Positions 42,679 to 52,206 of a stretch of 64,000 bases of DNA are shown here, piece after piece (within the stretch, counting starts at the first letter, position 1; each line of letters opens with the position of its first letter). The DNA is from Candidatus Latescibacterota bacterium. Lineage in GTDB: Bacteria; Latescibacterota; UBA2968. The notes under the pieces were generated by a model. It saw nothing but the letters and a program-made list of their open reading frames with translations, searched no databases and had not been told where the DNA came from. Position numbers and translations under genes: made by a program. The stretch spans positions 32,001-96,000 of the forward strand of contig OZ220741.1 of NCBI GenBank assembly GCA_965116885.1. Reading direction: 5' to 3'.

Positions 42679-43518
42679 ATGACGTATCCAAATCTGAAGC
42701 AGTCTATTTGGCTGCTGGTATTATTGGTCCTGATTAGCGCAGGTTTGGGGATACCGGTTGCGATCCTGGGGATGATTATTGACCAGCCGTTACACAAAAG
42801 TCCTTATGCGATCTGGCCATTGACCCTGGTGAGTTTTGTTTTGGTCGTACACTATGTTTTGCGTCGGACCGATCGAACCTGGGCTTCGTGGTCTGATATC
42901 ATGCCCATAAAAGCCATTTCGTGGCAATTGCTACTGCCACTTGTGGTATCTATCCTTGGATTGCTTATCGTCTCTTTCGAATTGGGAAAAGTGATGATGT
43001 CTTTGGCCCCAACGCCCGAGGTGGTGAAGGATACACTCCGCGGGTTGGTCGGCAAAAAAACCTCTTATTGGTTGGCCTTTTACGGCGCAGTGATTCAAAC
43101 ACCTATCATAGAAGAGGCACTTTTTAGAGGCATTATTGTGGGTGGTTTGTTGGCGTATTGGTCAAAATATCAGGCCGCTATTTGGTCGGCAATTTTGTTT
43201 GGCATATATCACCTGAACCCAGCGCAATTTCCCGTGGCCTTCATATTGGGGCTTGTATTCGCATGGTGGATTATTCAAACGGGGTCTTTGTTGCCTTGTA
43301 TGCTGGGACACGCATTGAACAATTTTCTGGCTATTACCCTGGCACGATCGGGAATACCGGGCTTTAAAAACCCAAAGGCTCTGATCTTTCTGCCGTGGTG
43401 GGTGATCGTGTGTGCCGTACTATTGGCCGCGATTGGATTGTGGTGGTTTTATCAAGTAGCAAAGCGCGAAGAAACTAATCAGCTTGAAGCGGAAGTTGAA
43501 CCCGAAAGACATTGTTGA
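42679..43518 (+). CDS. CPBP (Abi/CAAX type II) intramembrane metalloprotease
   Basis: EEALFRG, FGIYH, HALNN. Confidence 0.9.
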   Translation: MTYPNLKQSIWLLVLLVLISAGLGIPVAILGMIIDQPLHKSPYAIWPLTLVSFVLVVHYVLRRTDRTWASWSDIMPIKAISWQLLLPLVVSILGLLIVSFELGKVMMSLAPTPEVVKDTLRGLVGKKTSYWLAFYGAVIQTPIIEEALFRGIIVGGLLAYWSKYQAAIWSAILFGIYHLNPAQFPVAFILGLVFAWWIIQTGSLLPCMLGHALNNFLAITLARSGIPGFKNPKALIFLPWWVIVCAVLLAAIGLWWFYQVAKREETNQLEAEVEPERHC

Positions 43519-43628
43519 AATTTCTAATGACACTTTTGACTGAGGACGAAAACACAATCGTGATTTCGTCACATCATGCACTAAACCTCGACCAGCTATT
43601 TCCCATCCTGATTCGGGAGGACATGTAA
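43507..43628 (+). pseudogene. Internally deleted remnant of the ABC ATPase 3' end
   Basis: 43507-43574 matches ~40805-40874; 43581-43630 matches 41137-41186. Confidence 0.85.
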
Positions 43629-45112
43629 TGGGTATTCTTCCGTTCTTCACATTTTTGCGAAGCCCTGTTCACATTATCATCGCATTTTTTGCATGTCTGT
43701 TACTCGCTCATGTCTCATGGACTGCCGACAGAGACCAGTTCTTTGTGTTTCTCGTATTTCTGCTATTCTTCTTTAGTGGATTTTGGGGCTATGCTATCGG
43801 AGGTATTGTAGCAGAGAACCAGCATCGGACGCTCACCTGGACCCTGCCACATTTTCGCAAGCGTCTGATGATCTGGTCGGCAATAGTCGGACTGTTTTCC
43901 GTAGTGGCGTGGACGATTATGTTGACTTATGCACCCCTTAATGCGTCCTGGTCAACAATCTTGCTAATAAACTTGGGCTTTTATTGTTTCGGATTTGTCT
44001 GTACAGCGGGTTGGGATTTTGGTGTTTATCATTCTCTGTTGATCCAGGCATGTCAGATCATATTAATTTTTTTATTTCTTATATTGGCTTTTTTTTGGCA
44101 AGAGGTACTCGCTTTTGGAGAGCAACAAAAATTGGGGTTGGCTCTCATCGCATTCGCCATCACAATTGCGGCTTATTATTTTTCGTTTAAACAGACAACT
44201 TTTCGGAGAAAGCCTCTTTCCTTGTTATGGTCACTGCGCTCGGTTTTTTATCCTCATACTTGGGAGATGTGGAAAAGGGATGCGATGAAGAGGCGAAAGC
44301 CGAGTACCAGGGTATGGCATCTCGATCACATCGGTACAGGCATCTTCAATTGGCTGCGTGCGGGCCGGTATGAAAATAGTGGTGGCAAGCTATGGCTATG
44401 GATGCTTCCCGGTTTTAGCGCAGCATTGGCAATGGTATTCTTTTTTTTGGGCATGGAGACGAGTTTCTTCGGGTTATTGGGTCGATCTCCTTACGATTTT
44501 GAGACCATCTCAAAAATGATTTATCACATGATCTTTTATTTCGACCAGTTGGCCCCCAAGACCGCCATTAATATATCTCTTTCAGCGTTTTTCGGCGTTT
44601 GGGCATATACGACGTATATTTGGAGTCATCCTTTTTTCTTAAAAAGAGGGTATGTGTATCCGCTTTCTCGCACCCAGCGGATGTGGATTCGGTATTGTGG
44701 TTTTCTGGTGCAAAATATTTCTTTTTTTGCATCGTCTATTCTGGTACTGGGTGTTCTGGGCATCCTGGCAGGGGCAAAGATCGGGTTTATGCATGAAGGG
44801 GATATTTCCTTGAGAATACTTTGTGTCTTTGGGTGGACAGTGGTTCTTTGGCCGATGTTTCAGTGGTTGCAAGTCAAATATCACCTGTATGAATTTCCAA
44901 GAACGCGGCGACAGATGTGGGGGGTGGTTTTTCTGGTCTTGATCATGTTTTTGGCTTGTGGAATTGCTGGTTTTGTCGGTGTGATGCGTAATCTATATCC
45001 CGACTTGTCACTGACCTATGAAGCGCCGATCCTTTTTGTCTGTTTTATTCTTTTGCAATGGTTCCTATTAGCACGGCTCAAACGGTATTACGCCACACAG
45101 GATCTAATTTAG
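43628..45112 (+). CDS. Multi-pass membrane protein, putative ABC permease (copy 2)
   Basis: Shares long near-identical blocks with copy 1 (LTWTLPHFRKRLMIWS, FFLKRGYVYPLSRTQRM, LLARLKRYYATQDL). Confidence 0.75.
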   Translation: MGILPFFTFLRSPVHIIIAFFACLLLAHVSWTADRDQFFVFLVFLLFFFSGFWGYAIGGIVAENQHRTLTWTLPHFRKRLMIWSAIVGLFSVVAWTIMLTYAPLNASWSTILLINLGFYCFGFVCTAGWDFGVYHSLLIQACQIILIFLFLILAFFWQEVLAFGEQQKLGLALIAFAITIAAYYFSFKQTTFRRKPLSLLWSLRSVFYPHTWEMWKRDAMKRRKPSTRVWHLDHIGTGIFNWLRAGRYENSGGKLWLWMLPGFSAALAMVFFFLGMETSFFGLLGRSPYDFETISKMIYHMIFYFDQLAPKTAINISLSAFFGVWAYTTYIWSHPFFLKRGYVYPLSRTQRMWIRYCGFLVQNISFFASSILVLGVLGILAGAKIGFMHEGDISLRILCVFGWTVVLWPMFQWLQVKYHLYEFPRTRRQMWGVVFLVLIMFLACGIAGFVGVMRNLYPDLSLTYEAPILFVCFILLQWFLLARLKRYYATQDLI

Positions 45113-45333
45113 TAACCGAGAGTTTTTAAGTAGCAGAACAAAAAGCATAATTTTTGTATAATTATGCATATATGCATTTGTTTTCTAATAGTTTTTTTAA
45201 TTTTTTATACGCGTTAATAGCGTTTAATAACTTGCAGCGTGTCGCCAGGGTTACGACAATAAGAGACACGAAGTATTGGCGTATCCATTATTTTGCACAC
45301 GTATGCGTTTCTATACCTGCGAAAATAACGTGT

Positions 45334-48300
45334 ATGTTTGAAAACGGAACGATTCTCGACAAAAGATATCAAATCCAGACGCATCTGGGAACCGGGGGCA
45401 TGGGCGAAGTCTATCGGGTTTTGGACCTGGAGCAAGGTCAGGATTGTGCGCTCAAAATTTTGAATACCATGGCGGATCAGAAGGCTGTGCATCGCCGTTT
45501 TCACAGAGAATTTCAGGTGTTGAACAGATTTCAGCACCCGCGCCTGGTAAGCACCTTTGCCTGGGGCTTTGCCGAAGATCGTCCCTATTTTACAATGGAA
45601 TATTTACCCGGAAAGACATTGGAAAAAATAATTGCTGATCGTGCACATTCAGGGCAATTCCGGACATCCCACTTTTTCGATTTGATACAACAACTTGCCG
45701 AGGGATTGGCTTATATCCACGCGCAGGGTGCGGTGCATCGCGATCTCAAACCGTCCAATATTATGGTATTGGAAACAGAAGAGGGGATTGAAACCACGAT
45801 TCTGGATCTGGGACTGGCGAAACTCAGACATCTGCATAGCGTTTCCATTACGCAGACGGGCACAGCCATTGGGACAGCAGAATATATGTCGCCAGAACAG
45901 GGTAAAGGGTTGTGGGTGGATCATCGATCAGATTTGTACTCATTGGGCATAATTTTATACGAGATGCTCACAGGCACACCGCCTTTTTCGGGACAAAATC
46001 CAATATCTGTTATTATGAAGCATATTCGAGAGGTGCCGCCACCAATGGGCGAAATCAATATCGCGGTTCTCGAACAGACGCAACAAATTGTGTCGAAGTT
46101 GCTGGCAAAGGGAGCTGTTGATCGTTTTCAGTCGGCAGAAGAACTCATGCACGCCTTACCATCGGGGTCTATGCTACCCGATGACGAGCAACGCGATGTA
46201 CATAGAAAAGTTATGCGGTCGCAATTTATCGGGCGAGAATCCGAAATGAAGACATTGCGCGCAATGTTGCAGGATGTACAGGCTGGCAAACAGCGCGCGG
46301 TTCTAATCTCCGGTGAGTCCGGTGTGGGGAAAACGAGACTGGTTGAAGAACTATTGGGCGACGCTTTGATCCATGATTTTCTGTGTTTGAAAGGCACAGG
46401 TCAGGAAGAGGGAGGACAAATATACGGTGCGTTGATCAGTGCTTTTCAAGAGACAGTGGATTTGGTGGCAGAGTTGCCCGATCCAGTAGAATCGGACAAG
46501 TTTTCTGTTATGGAGCGCTGGTTGCAGTTATTAAAAACTCTGCGGCAGAAACAACCCATTGTGTTGTGTTTGGAAAATATTCAATGGCTGGATGAATTGA
46601 CATTGGAATTTTTACAGTATGTGTTGCGCGATCCAGAGCCCTGCCCGTTTTTGTTATGCCTGACCTGTCAATGGTCCAACCTGGAACCGCTTCTAGAGGA
46701 AGTTGAAAATTTTATACACAACAATGTATTTGCTAAGGCGACCCGGATTCAGTTGAAAAATCTACCCCGTGAAGAGGTGGGGTATTTAGCAGCGTCAATG
46801 TTGGGGGAGCGATCCATACCATCCGATGCATTGCAAACCCTGTTCAGGGAAACGGGTGGGCAACCCCTGTTTGTCGTGGAAGCAGTGAGGACACTGGTGA
46901 ATGCCGATGTGGTTCGGCAGAATGTGTACGGCGATTGGCAGTGGGGAGAATTTCCCGAAACACTATTATCCGATGATTTTTCAGAGATTTTGCACAGGCG
47001 CGTAGCTGCTCTTCCTACGGTACAACAGCAAGTGTTGGAATACGCCTGTGTTTTTTTAAATGATTTTTCTTTTGACTTACTGGCGGCGGTTTGGCGCGGC
47101 GATGAGTTGGAATTGCTGGATATACTGGACGAATTGATTGCAGAAGGGCTTTTGACAGCTTGTGGAGAGGATGAAGATCAATATCGTTTTGCACAGGAGT
47201 TGTGCAGACGTGCAATTTATGACCGGATGAAAAATGTGCGGCGACGACTGTTTCATCGAGAAATTGGCAATGCTCTGGAACAGACGGAAGATGTAGAAGA
47301 ATTGACGGAAGAACTGGCAGATCATTTCGCGGCAGCGGAAGAACGAGATAAGGCTATAAAATATACGCGCATAGCAGGTAAAAAAGCATTGAAAAAACAC
47401 GCCTATCGTCAGGCGAGAATGCGGTTTGAGGCTGGGCAGGACTGGACAGCTAATGACGCCTTTGAATCACAAGCAGATACCATCGATTTTTTGTGCGATT
47501 ATGCAGATGCGTTGCGCAATTGTAGTCAGCACAATAGCGCACTGGAACTTTTAGACGAGGCAAAAGCGTTATTGCCCGATGATCGAAATGATTTGAAAGC
47601 GCGTATTTTGTGGAATGAAGGCATTATTCACAGCGTACTTCAACATGGGGGAATAGCAGAAAAATATATGCTGGAGGCATTGCAGCTTTATCGGGAGTTG
47701 GATGATCTCGACGGAGAAATTCAAGCATTGGGTGGTTTGTCTTATTTGTGTGATGTATCTGGGCGACACGAAGAAGCTATTGCATATATGTATCGGGAAA
47801 TAGAGAAACATCATGCGTTGGAAGAAGCCCAGAACAAGGCTATCGTACAAGTGCGAGAAGGTATGGTTGCATTGGTGGAATTTCGGTTTGAGACAGCCAG
47901 GGCACATGTGGAAGCGGCTGTAAAGACATCTCGGCAACCTGGACTTGAACACCATCGTATTGGGGCACTCAATTTACTTTCAAGAGTTTATTTATATCTG
48001 GGTGATCTCGACCAGGCAGAAGCCGTTTGCCACGAAGCCATTGGCGAGTGGCAAAAACGAGGCGATGCTTACTGGGAAGCAATGAATCTTCTCCGGTTGG
48101 GAGAATTGGCACTGGAACGGGAACGCGGTGATTTTGCAGAGGCGTTGGAATATACTGAGATTGCATCAGAGCGATTTTTGGAAACACCGAGAAGAGATTA
48201 TGTCTATCGCGCTTATGCGATTGCGGCAACGGCTGTTGCAAGAATGGGAGATACAGAAGCGGCACTTGAATGGGCAGAAAAAGCCAGTGAAGGTGTACAG

Positions 48301-50148
48301 CAAACATCGGGTATGTACACGGGCATATTGCCTCTGGTGCATTGCGGTATTGGTGTTGCCTTAGACAAAGCTGGGCGGATAGCTGAGGCTGAAGAGGCTT
48401 TTGAGCAGGCGATTGAATGCCGAAGAGAATCCAAAGGCGACCACTGGGCGCGTGCGCTGCTGATGGCAGGGGAGTTTTATCTCCAGCGCGATGATGTATC
48501 AAAAGCGCAAGCACATCTCAAAGCGGCAAAACAGGCGTTTGAAGAAATGCAAATGTCCTATTTTTTGGAGAAAACACAGGTGTTATTAGGTCAATTATCT
48601 GGCGACAAAGATGGTCACCACAGGGATGCCGCACCCAGTTCTGAAAATTCAGTCGATACGTTGTCTGTTGATCGCTGGCGCTTGCTTTACGATGTGAGCC
48701 AGGAATTGACTACAGAGCGCGATGTCAAGGTGCTATTGGATCGGACTCTGGGTAATTTGTTGACTGTTTATCCAGCAGAGCGGGTGCTTGTTGCGATTAA
48801 AAATGAGACCCCAAAAGGCTTTGCGGTTGATGCCGTACGCCACTACAATTTAGAAGTAGATGATGCAGAAGCACTGAGTCAGGGTATTATTCGTCGGGTT
48901 ATTGAGACAAATGAGCCCGTTTTGAGCATTGATGCACAGACAGACGACAGGCTCAATCAGTACCAGAGCGTGATAGACTACGACATTCGGTCTGTATTGT
49001 GTGTACCCCTATTTCATGTTAGCGAAGGTGTGATGGGTGCGCTATATGTGGATCATCGTGGCTTGGGTAACGCATTTTCTGAAACAGACCAGACGTTTTT
49101 ACAGGCATTTGCGAATCTGGTGGGGGTGGCACTGGTCAATGCGAGGATGTACGAACAACTGGAAGAGAAAGCGCGATATTTGCAGCAACAGATTGAAAAA
49201 AGGTACCAGCTTGGCGATCTCGTCGGGCAAAGTGATGCGATGCAGACCATCTACCATCTTATAGAACGCGCGGCAAAGAGCGATATTCCCGTGCTTGTGC
49301 AGGGTGAAACAGGTACGGGCAAAGAATTGGCTGCGCGTGCCATACACTACAATAGCACGCGCAAAGACCAGCGATTTTTGTCGCAAAATTGCGCGGCTCT
49401 TTCACCAGAGTTGTTGCAGAGTGAGTTGTTTGGATACAAAAAAGGCGCGTTTACTGGCGCGACTGAAGATCATAAGGGGATTTTTGAGGCTGCCAATGGG
49501 GGTACGGTTTTTCTGGATGAAATCGCCGATGCCTCTCCACAGTTGCAAAGGAGTTTGTTGCGGGTATTGCAAGAAGGAGAGGTGCGGCGTATGGGAGAAA
49601 CAGAAGATCGTCCAGTAGATGTGCGCATTATTGCAGCGACTAATCGAGACTTAAAAAAGGAAGTTGAAAAAGGCTCTTTCCGCGAAGATTTGTATTACCG
49701 GTTGCGTGTGATTCAGATCGATATGCCGCCTTTGCGAGAACGCCTTGAAGATGTGCCATTGTTGGCCGAACTTATGCTCACCCGAGCAAAAGAAGATGCA
49801 AACAAGTCGGTTGGGGGGCTAACAGTAGGTGCAATAAAGACCCTTGTAAGTTACAACTGGCCTGGCAATGTGCGCGAGTTGGAGAATGAGATTCGACTGG
49901 CTGTGGCATTGACAAAAGAAGAGGGTGATATTACGCCCGATTTATTTTCAGAATCCATCGGGCACGCGGTGTCAGGTGTCTCTGTCGAATACCAGGGGCG
50001 TTTACAAGACCGTGTGCAGGCGTATGAAAAACGAGTAATTCGAGACGCGCTCGAAAAATGCGTGGGCAATATTACGCATACAGCCAGAGAATTGGGGATG
50101 ACGCGCGCTGGCCTACAGAAAAAGATCAATCGTTTGGAGTTGAGATAG
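45334..50148 (+). CDS. Hybrid Ser/Thr kinase - P-loop NTPase - TPR - GAF - sigma54 enhancer-binding protein with Fis-type HTH
   Basis: GTGGMGEVY, HRDLKPSN, DLG, GTAEYMSPE; GESGVGKT; helical repeats; SVLCVPL..GALYVD; GETGTGKE, GAFTGA, FREDLYYRL, WPGNVREL; TARELGMTR. Confidence 0.9.
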   Translation: MFENGTILDKRYQIQTHLGTGGMGEVYRVLDLEQGQDCALKILNTMADQKAVHRRFHREFQVLNRFQHPRLVSTFAWGFAEDRPYFTMEYLPGKTLEKIIADRAHSGQFRTSHFFDLIQQLAEGLAYIHAQGAVHRDLKPSNIMVLETEEGIETTILDLGLAKLRHLHSVSITQTGTAIGTAEYMSPEQGKGLWVDHRSDLYSLGIILYEMLTGTPPFSGQNPISVIMKHIREVPPPMGEINIAVLEQTQQIVSKLLAKGAVDRFQSAEELMHALPSGSMLPDDEQRDVHRKVMRSQFIGRESEMKTLRAMLQDVQAGKQRAVLISGESGVGKTRLVEELLGDALIHDFLCLKGTGQEEGGQIYGALISAFQETVDLVAELPDPVESDKFSVMERWLQLLKTLRQKQPIVLCLENIQWLDELTLEFLQYVLRDPEPCPFLLCLTCQWSNLEPLLEEVENFIHNNVFAKATRIQLKNLPREEVGYLAASMLGERSIPSDALQTLFRETGGQPLFVVEAVRTLVNADVVRQNVYGDWQWGEFPETLLSDDFSEILHRRVAALPTVQQQVLEYACVFLNDFSFDLLAAVWRGDELELLDILDELIAEGLLTACGEDEDQYRFAQELCRRAIYDRMKNVRRRLFHREIGNALEQTEDVEELTEELADHFAAAEERDKAIKYTRIAGKKALKKHAYRQARMRFEAGQDWTANDAFESQADTIDFLCDYADALRNCSQHNSALELLDEAKALLPDDRNDLKARILWNEGIIHSVLQHGGIAEKYMLEALQLYRELDDLDGEIQALGGLSYLCDVSGRHEEAIAYMYREIEKHHALEEAQNKAIVQVREGMVALVEFRFETARAHVEAAVKTSRQPGLEHHRIGALNLLSRVYLYLGDLDQAEAVCHEAIGEWQKRGDAYWEAMNLLRLGELALERERGDFAEALEYTEIASERFLETPRRDYVYRAYAIAATAVARMGDTEAALEWAEKASEGVQQTSGMYTGILPLVHCGIGVALDKAGRIAEAEEAFEQAIECRRESKGDHWARALLMAGEFYLQRDDVSKAQAHLKAAKQAFEEMQMSYFLEKTQVLLGQLSGDKDGHHRDAAPSSENSVDTLSVDRWRLLYDVSQELTTERDVKVLLDRTLGNLLTVYPAERVLVAIKNETPKGFAVDAVRHYNLEVDDAEALSQGIIRRVIETNEPVLSIDAQTDDRLNQYQSVIDYDIRSVLCVPLFHVSEGVMGALYVDHRGLGNAFSETDQTFLQAFANLVGVALVNARMYEQLEEKARYLQQQIEKRYQLGDLVGQSDAMQTIYHLIERAAKSDIPVLVQGETGTGKELAARAIHYNSTRKDQRFLSQNCAALSPELLQSELFGYKKGAFTGATEDHKGIFEAANGGTVFLDEIADASPQLQRSLLRVLQEGEVRRMGETEDRPVDVRIIAATNRDLKKEVEKGSFREDLYYRLRVIQIDMPPLRERLEDVPLLAELMLTRAKEDANKSVGGLTVGAIKTLVSYNWPGNVRELENEIRLAVALTKEEGDITPDLFSESIGHAVSGVSVEYQGRLQDRVQAYEKRVIRDALEKCVGNITHTARELGMTRAGLQKKINRLELR

Positions 50149-50160
50149 GCGGTGAACAGG

Positions 50161-50280
50161 TGCATCCAGATGTATGCAGTAGTGCATCCAACTGTATGCA
50201 CTTGTTTATCTTTATATAATTCAGATAGTTATGTTTGTTTTCTTGTAAATAGAGATTATAGGTGCATCCTGTCGGATGCA
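50161..50280. promoter_or_regulatory. Three palindromic upstream activator sequences TGCATCC-N4-G(G/T)ATGCA
   Basis: Sites at 50161-50178, 50183-50200 and 50263-50280 (the third has perfect arms). Confidence 0.75.
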
Positions 50281-50342
50281 CCTGCGCCAGAATCTCGCAG
50301 GTGTAGCACAAATAATTCTTAAATTTTATCTCTTTGTTTTTC

Positions 50343-50368
50343 AAGCACTTGAAAATTTTCAAGTGCTT
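50343..50368. promoter_or_regulatory. Perfect 26-bp palindrome overlapping an IHF-like site
   Basis: AAGCACTTGAAAATTTTCAAGTGCTT; the overlapping TTTCAAGCACTTG (50339-50351) is one mismatch from WATCAANNNNTTR. Confidence 0.5.
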
Positions 50369-50389
50369 TTTTTGTGCTGAGACGACCTT

Positions 50390-50404
50390 TGGCACGGATC
50401 TTGC
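50390..50404 (+). promoter_or_regulatory. sigma54 (RpoN) -24/-12 promoter
   Basis: TGGCACG-GATC-TTGC with exact GG-N10-GC spacing, 55 nt before the precursor ATG. Confidence 0.9.
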
Positions 50405-50459
50405 GCTATAAAAAGGGCAAACCGTTATGGCGCAAGATTTTTCCTTAAAGGAGGATAAC

Positions 50460-50639
50460 ATGGCAACACGACGCAAGTTGACTTTGGTCAATGGAACAAT
50501 AGATCAAGAAGGTAGCATTCTTATGTATCAGACTGTAAAGAGTGTTGAGGTTCACTGCTCCCCTTATTCTTTTTCCGTTCCCCTCGTGCCTTTCCCTGAT
50601 GATGACGACGATTGGGACGATTTTGATCAAGCTGAATAA
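50460..50639 (+). CDS. Putative RiPP precursor peptide (59 aa)
   Basis: AAGGAGG RBS then MATRRKLTLVNGTIDQEGSILMYQTVKSVEVHCSPYSFSVPLVPFPDDDDDWDDFDQAE; 26 nt upstream of an RRE-rSAM gene. Confidence 0.75.
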   Translation: MATRRKLTLVNGTIDQEGSILMYQTVKSVEVHCSPYSFSVPLVPFPDDDDDWDDFDQAE

Positions 50640-50665
50640 ATCATCTCTATTTTGAGGAGTGTACT

Positions 50666-52096
50666 ATGCTATGCATTCAGAAATGCGACATGCATCTTTT
50701 TGAAACCGAGGAGCAAAAACAGCCGATTGTCTATCAGGTTGAGACCGGTCTGTTTTTTGAACTGGACACCCTTTTCCAGTCAATTTTAGAGTGTTGTGAG
50801 GGCTTGTCTGCTTCACAGGTTGTTCAAGTATTGGTTGATCAATACGAGGCAGAAGAAATTGCTCAGGCTATCGGGGAATTGGCGCAGGTGGGTTTGATTG
50901 CTGATGGCGCACTACCTGTAGTAGCCAATGTACCGACAACAGAAGGGGTAGCTGCCTGTGGCGTGTCGCAGACAGATCGTTTGCAGGTGTCGTTGCACAT
51001 TTCGCATACATGTAATATTCAATGTGCTTATTGCTTTGCTCACGGTGGAGATTATGGCGGTAAGGCCATGCTGATGCAACCAGATGTTGCCGAGCAAGCC
51101 ATACGCTGGATCGTCACTGAAGCTCAGGGGTTTGGGCGGTGCCAGATTGATTTTTTTGGCGGGGAGCCGCTTCTGAATTTTCCGCTGTTGCAGAAGCTCG
51201 TTCCATTTGCCAAATCCCTGGGCGCGCGATTGGATGTACAGGTTGGTTTTGGTATTGTGACCAATGGCACGCTGTTGACCGACGAGATGAAGCAATTTTT
51301 GGTCGATGAAAAGTTTCAAATTAAGGTTAGCCTGGATGGTGGGCGCAAGACACAGGATCGCATTCGCAAGTTTCACAATGGTTCCGGGACTTATGATGTT
51401 GTGGCAAAGAATGTAAAGAAATTGGCTGCTGAGGCACCTGAGCGCGTGTATTTGCAGGCTGTTATGACAGCTTATGATATGGATGAAGATCAGATTGCCA
51501 ATGCGTTGCGCTCGCTGGGTACTGATAACGCGCTTGTTGATCCGGCTGTTGTTTCACCGGATGCGCCCTATGCGATTCGGGAAGAACACATACCCGTTTT
51601 GAAGCAGCAAATTCACAAGCGGAGTAGGCGTGCGCTCAAAGCCATTCTAAATGGTGAAGAGAATGAGGAGTTTGATCCGCGGATTCAGAAACTGTTGACG
51701 CGACAAAAATCCTGTCATGGATGCCTGGGTGGTAAGCAGTATCTGGCTGTTGCAGCGGATGGGGCGATTTATTTTTGTTCGAGCTTGGCCGATGCGCCTG
51801 AGTTTAAGATGGGTGATGTGTTTGCGGGTATTGATCGCGAAAAACAGCAGCATTTTGACGCGCAGTTCAATGTCAACAATCGGCCTGAGTGCAAGACCTG
51901 CTGGGCGCGCAACCTGTGTGGTGGTGGGTGTCTTTGGGAGGCGCGGACGACGACGGGTGATCCGATGTATCCCAACCCTGTTGCTTGTGAGCAGACGCGC
52001 TATCGCTATGAACTGGCGATGGAGATGTGTATGGAAATTTCAGAGGCAGATGGTTCTTTGTTGCAACGACGTTATGATCTGGAAGTGGCATCATAA
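50666..52096 (+). CDS. Radical SAM/SPASM peptide maturase with N-terminal RRE-like domain
   Basis: CNIQCAYC, FFGGEPL, TNG, SLDG; SPASM GC..G..YLAV..DG.IYFC...CKTCWARNLCGGGC...C; GAGGAG RBS. Confidence 0.9.
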   Translation: MLCIQKCDMHLFETEEQKQPIVYQVETGLFFELDTLFQSILECCEGLSASQVVQVLVDQYEAEEIAQAIGELAQVGLIADGALPVVANVPTTEGVAACGVSQTDRLQVSLHISHTCNIQCAYCFAHGGDYGGKAMLMQPDVAEQAIRWIVTEAQGFGRCQIDFFGGEPLLNFPLLQKLVPFAKSLGARLDVQVGFGIVTNGTLLTDEMKQFLVDEKFQIKVSLDGGRKTQDRIRKFHNGSGTYDVVAKNVKKLAAEAPERVYLQAVMTAYDMDEDQIANALRSLGTDNALVDPAVVSPDAPYAIREEHIPVLKQQIHKRSRRALKAILNGEENEEFDPRIQKLLTRQKSCHGCLGGKQYLAVAADGAIYFCSSLADAPEFKMGDVFAGIDREKQQHFDAQFNVNNRPECKTCWARNLCGGGCLWEARTTTGDPMYPNPVACEQTRYRYELAMEMCMEISEADGSLLQRRYDLEVAS

Positions 52097-52206
52097 GCAG
52101 AATTGACTGTATATTGAGTACTTGCTTAAAAACGACATCCAAATGGGGAGCACTCTATTAGATGCCGTTTATTTTGCTTTTTTGGGTGGGCGACAGATTG
52201 TCGGTG

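Noticed and set aside
45113..45333. AT-rich gap with short palindromes (GCATAAT..ATTATGC, TGCATATATGCA) and the ORF-track N-terminal extension from 45154
   Set aside because: Palindromes are short for an AT-rich context; the kinase domain begins at ATG 45334.
50161..50280. Repeated TGCATCC..ATGCA units as a CRISPR array
   Set aside because: Units are 18 bp with irregular gaps (4 and 62 nt) and there are no cas genes; better explained as enhancer sites.
50427..50459. ORF-track start for the precursor (MAQDFSLKEDN extension)
   Set aside because: The AAGGAGG RBS lies inside this extension and points to ATG 50460.
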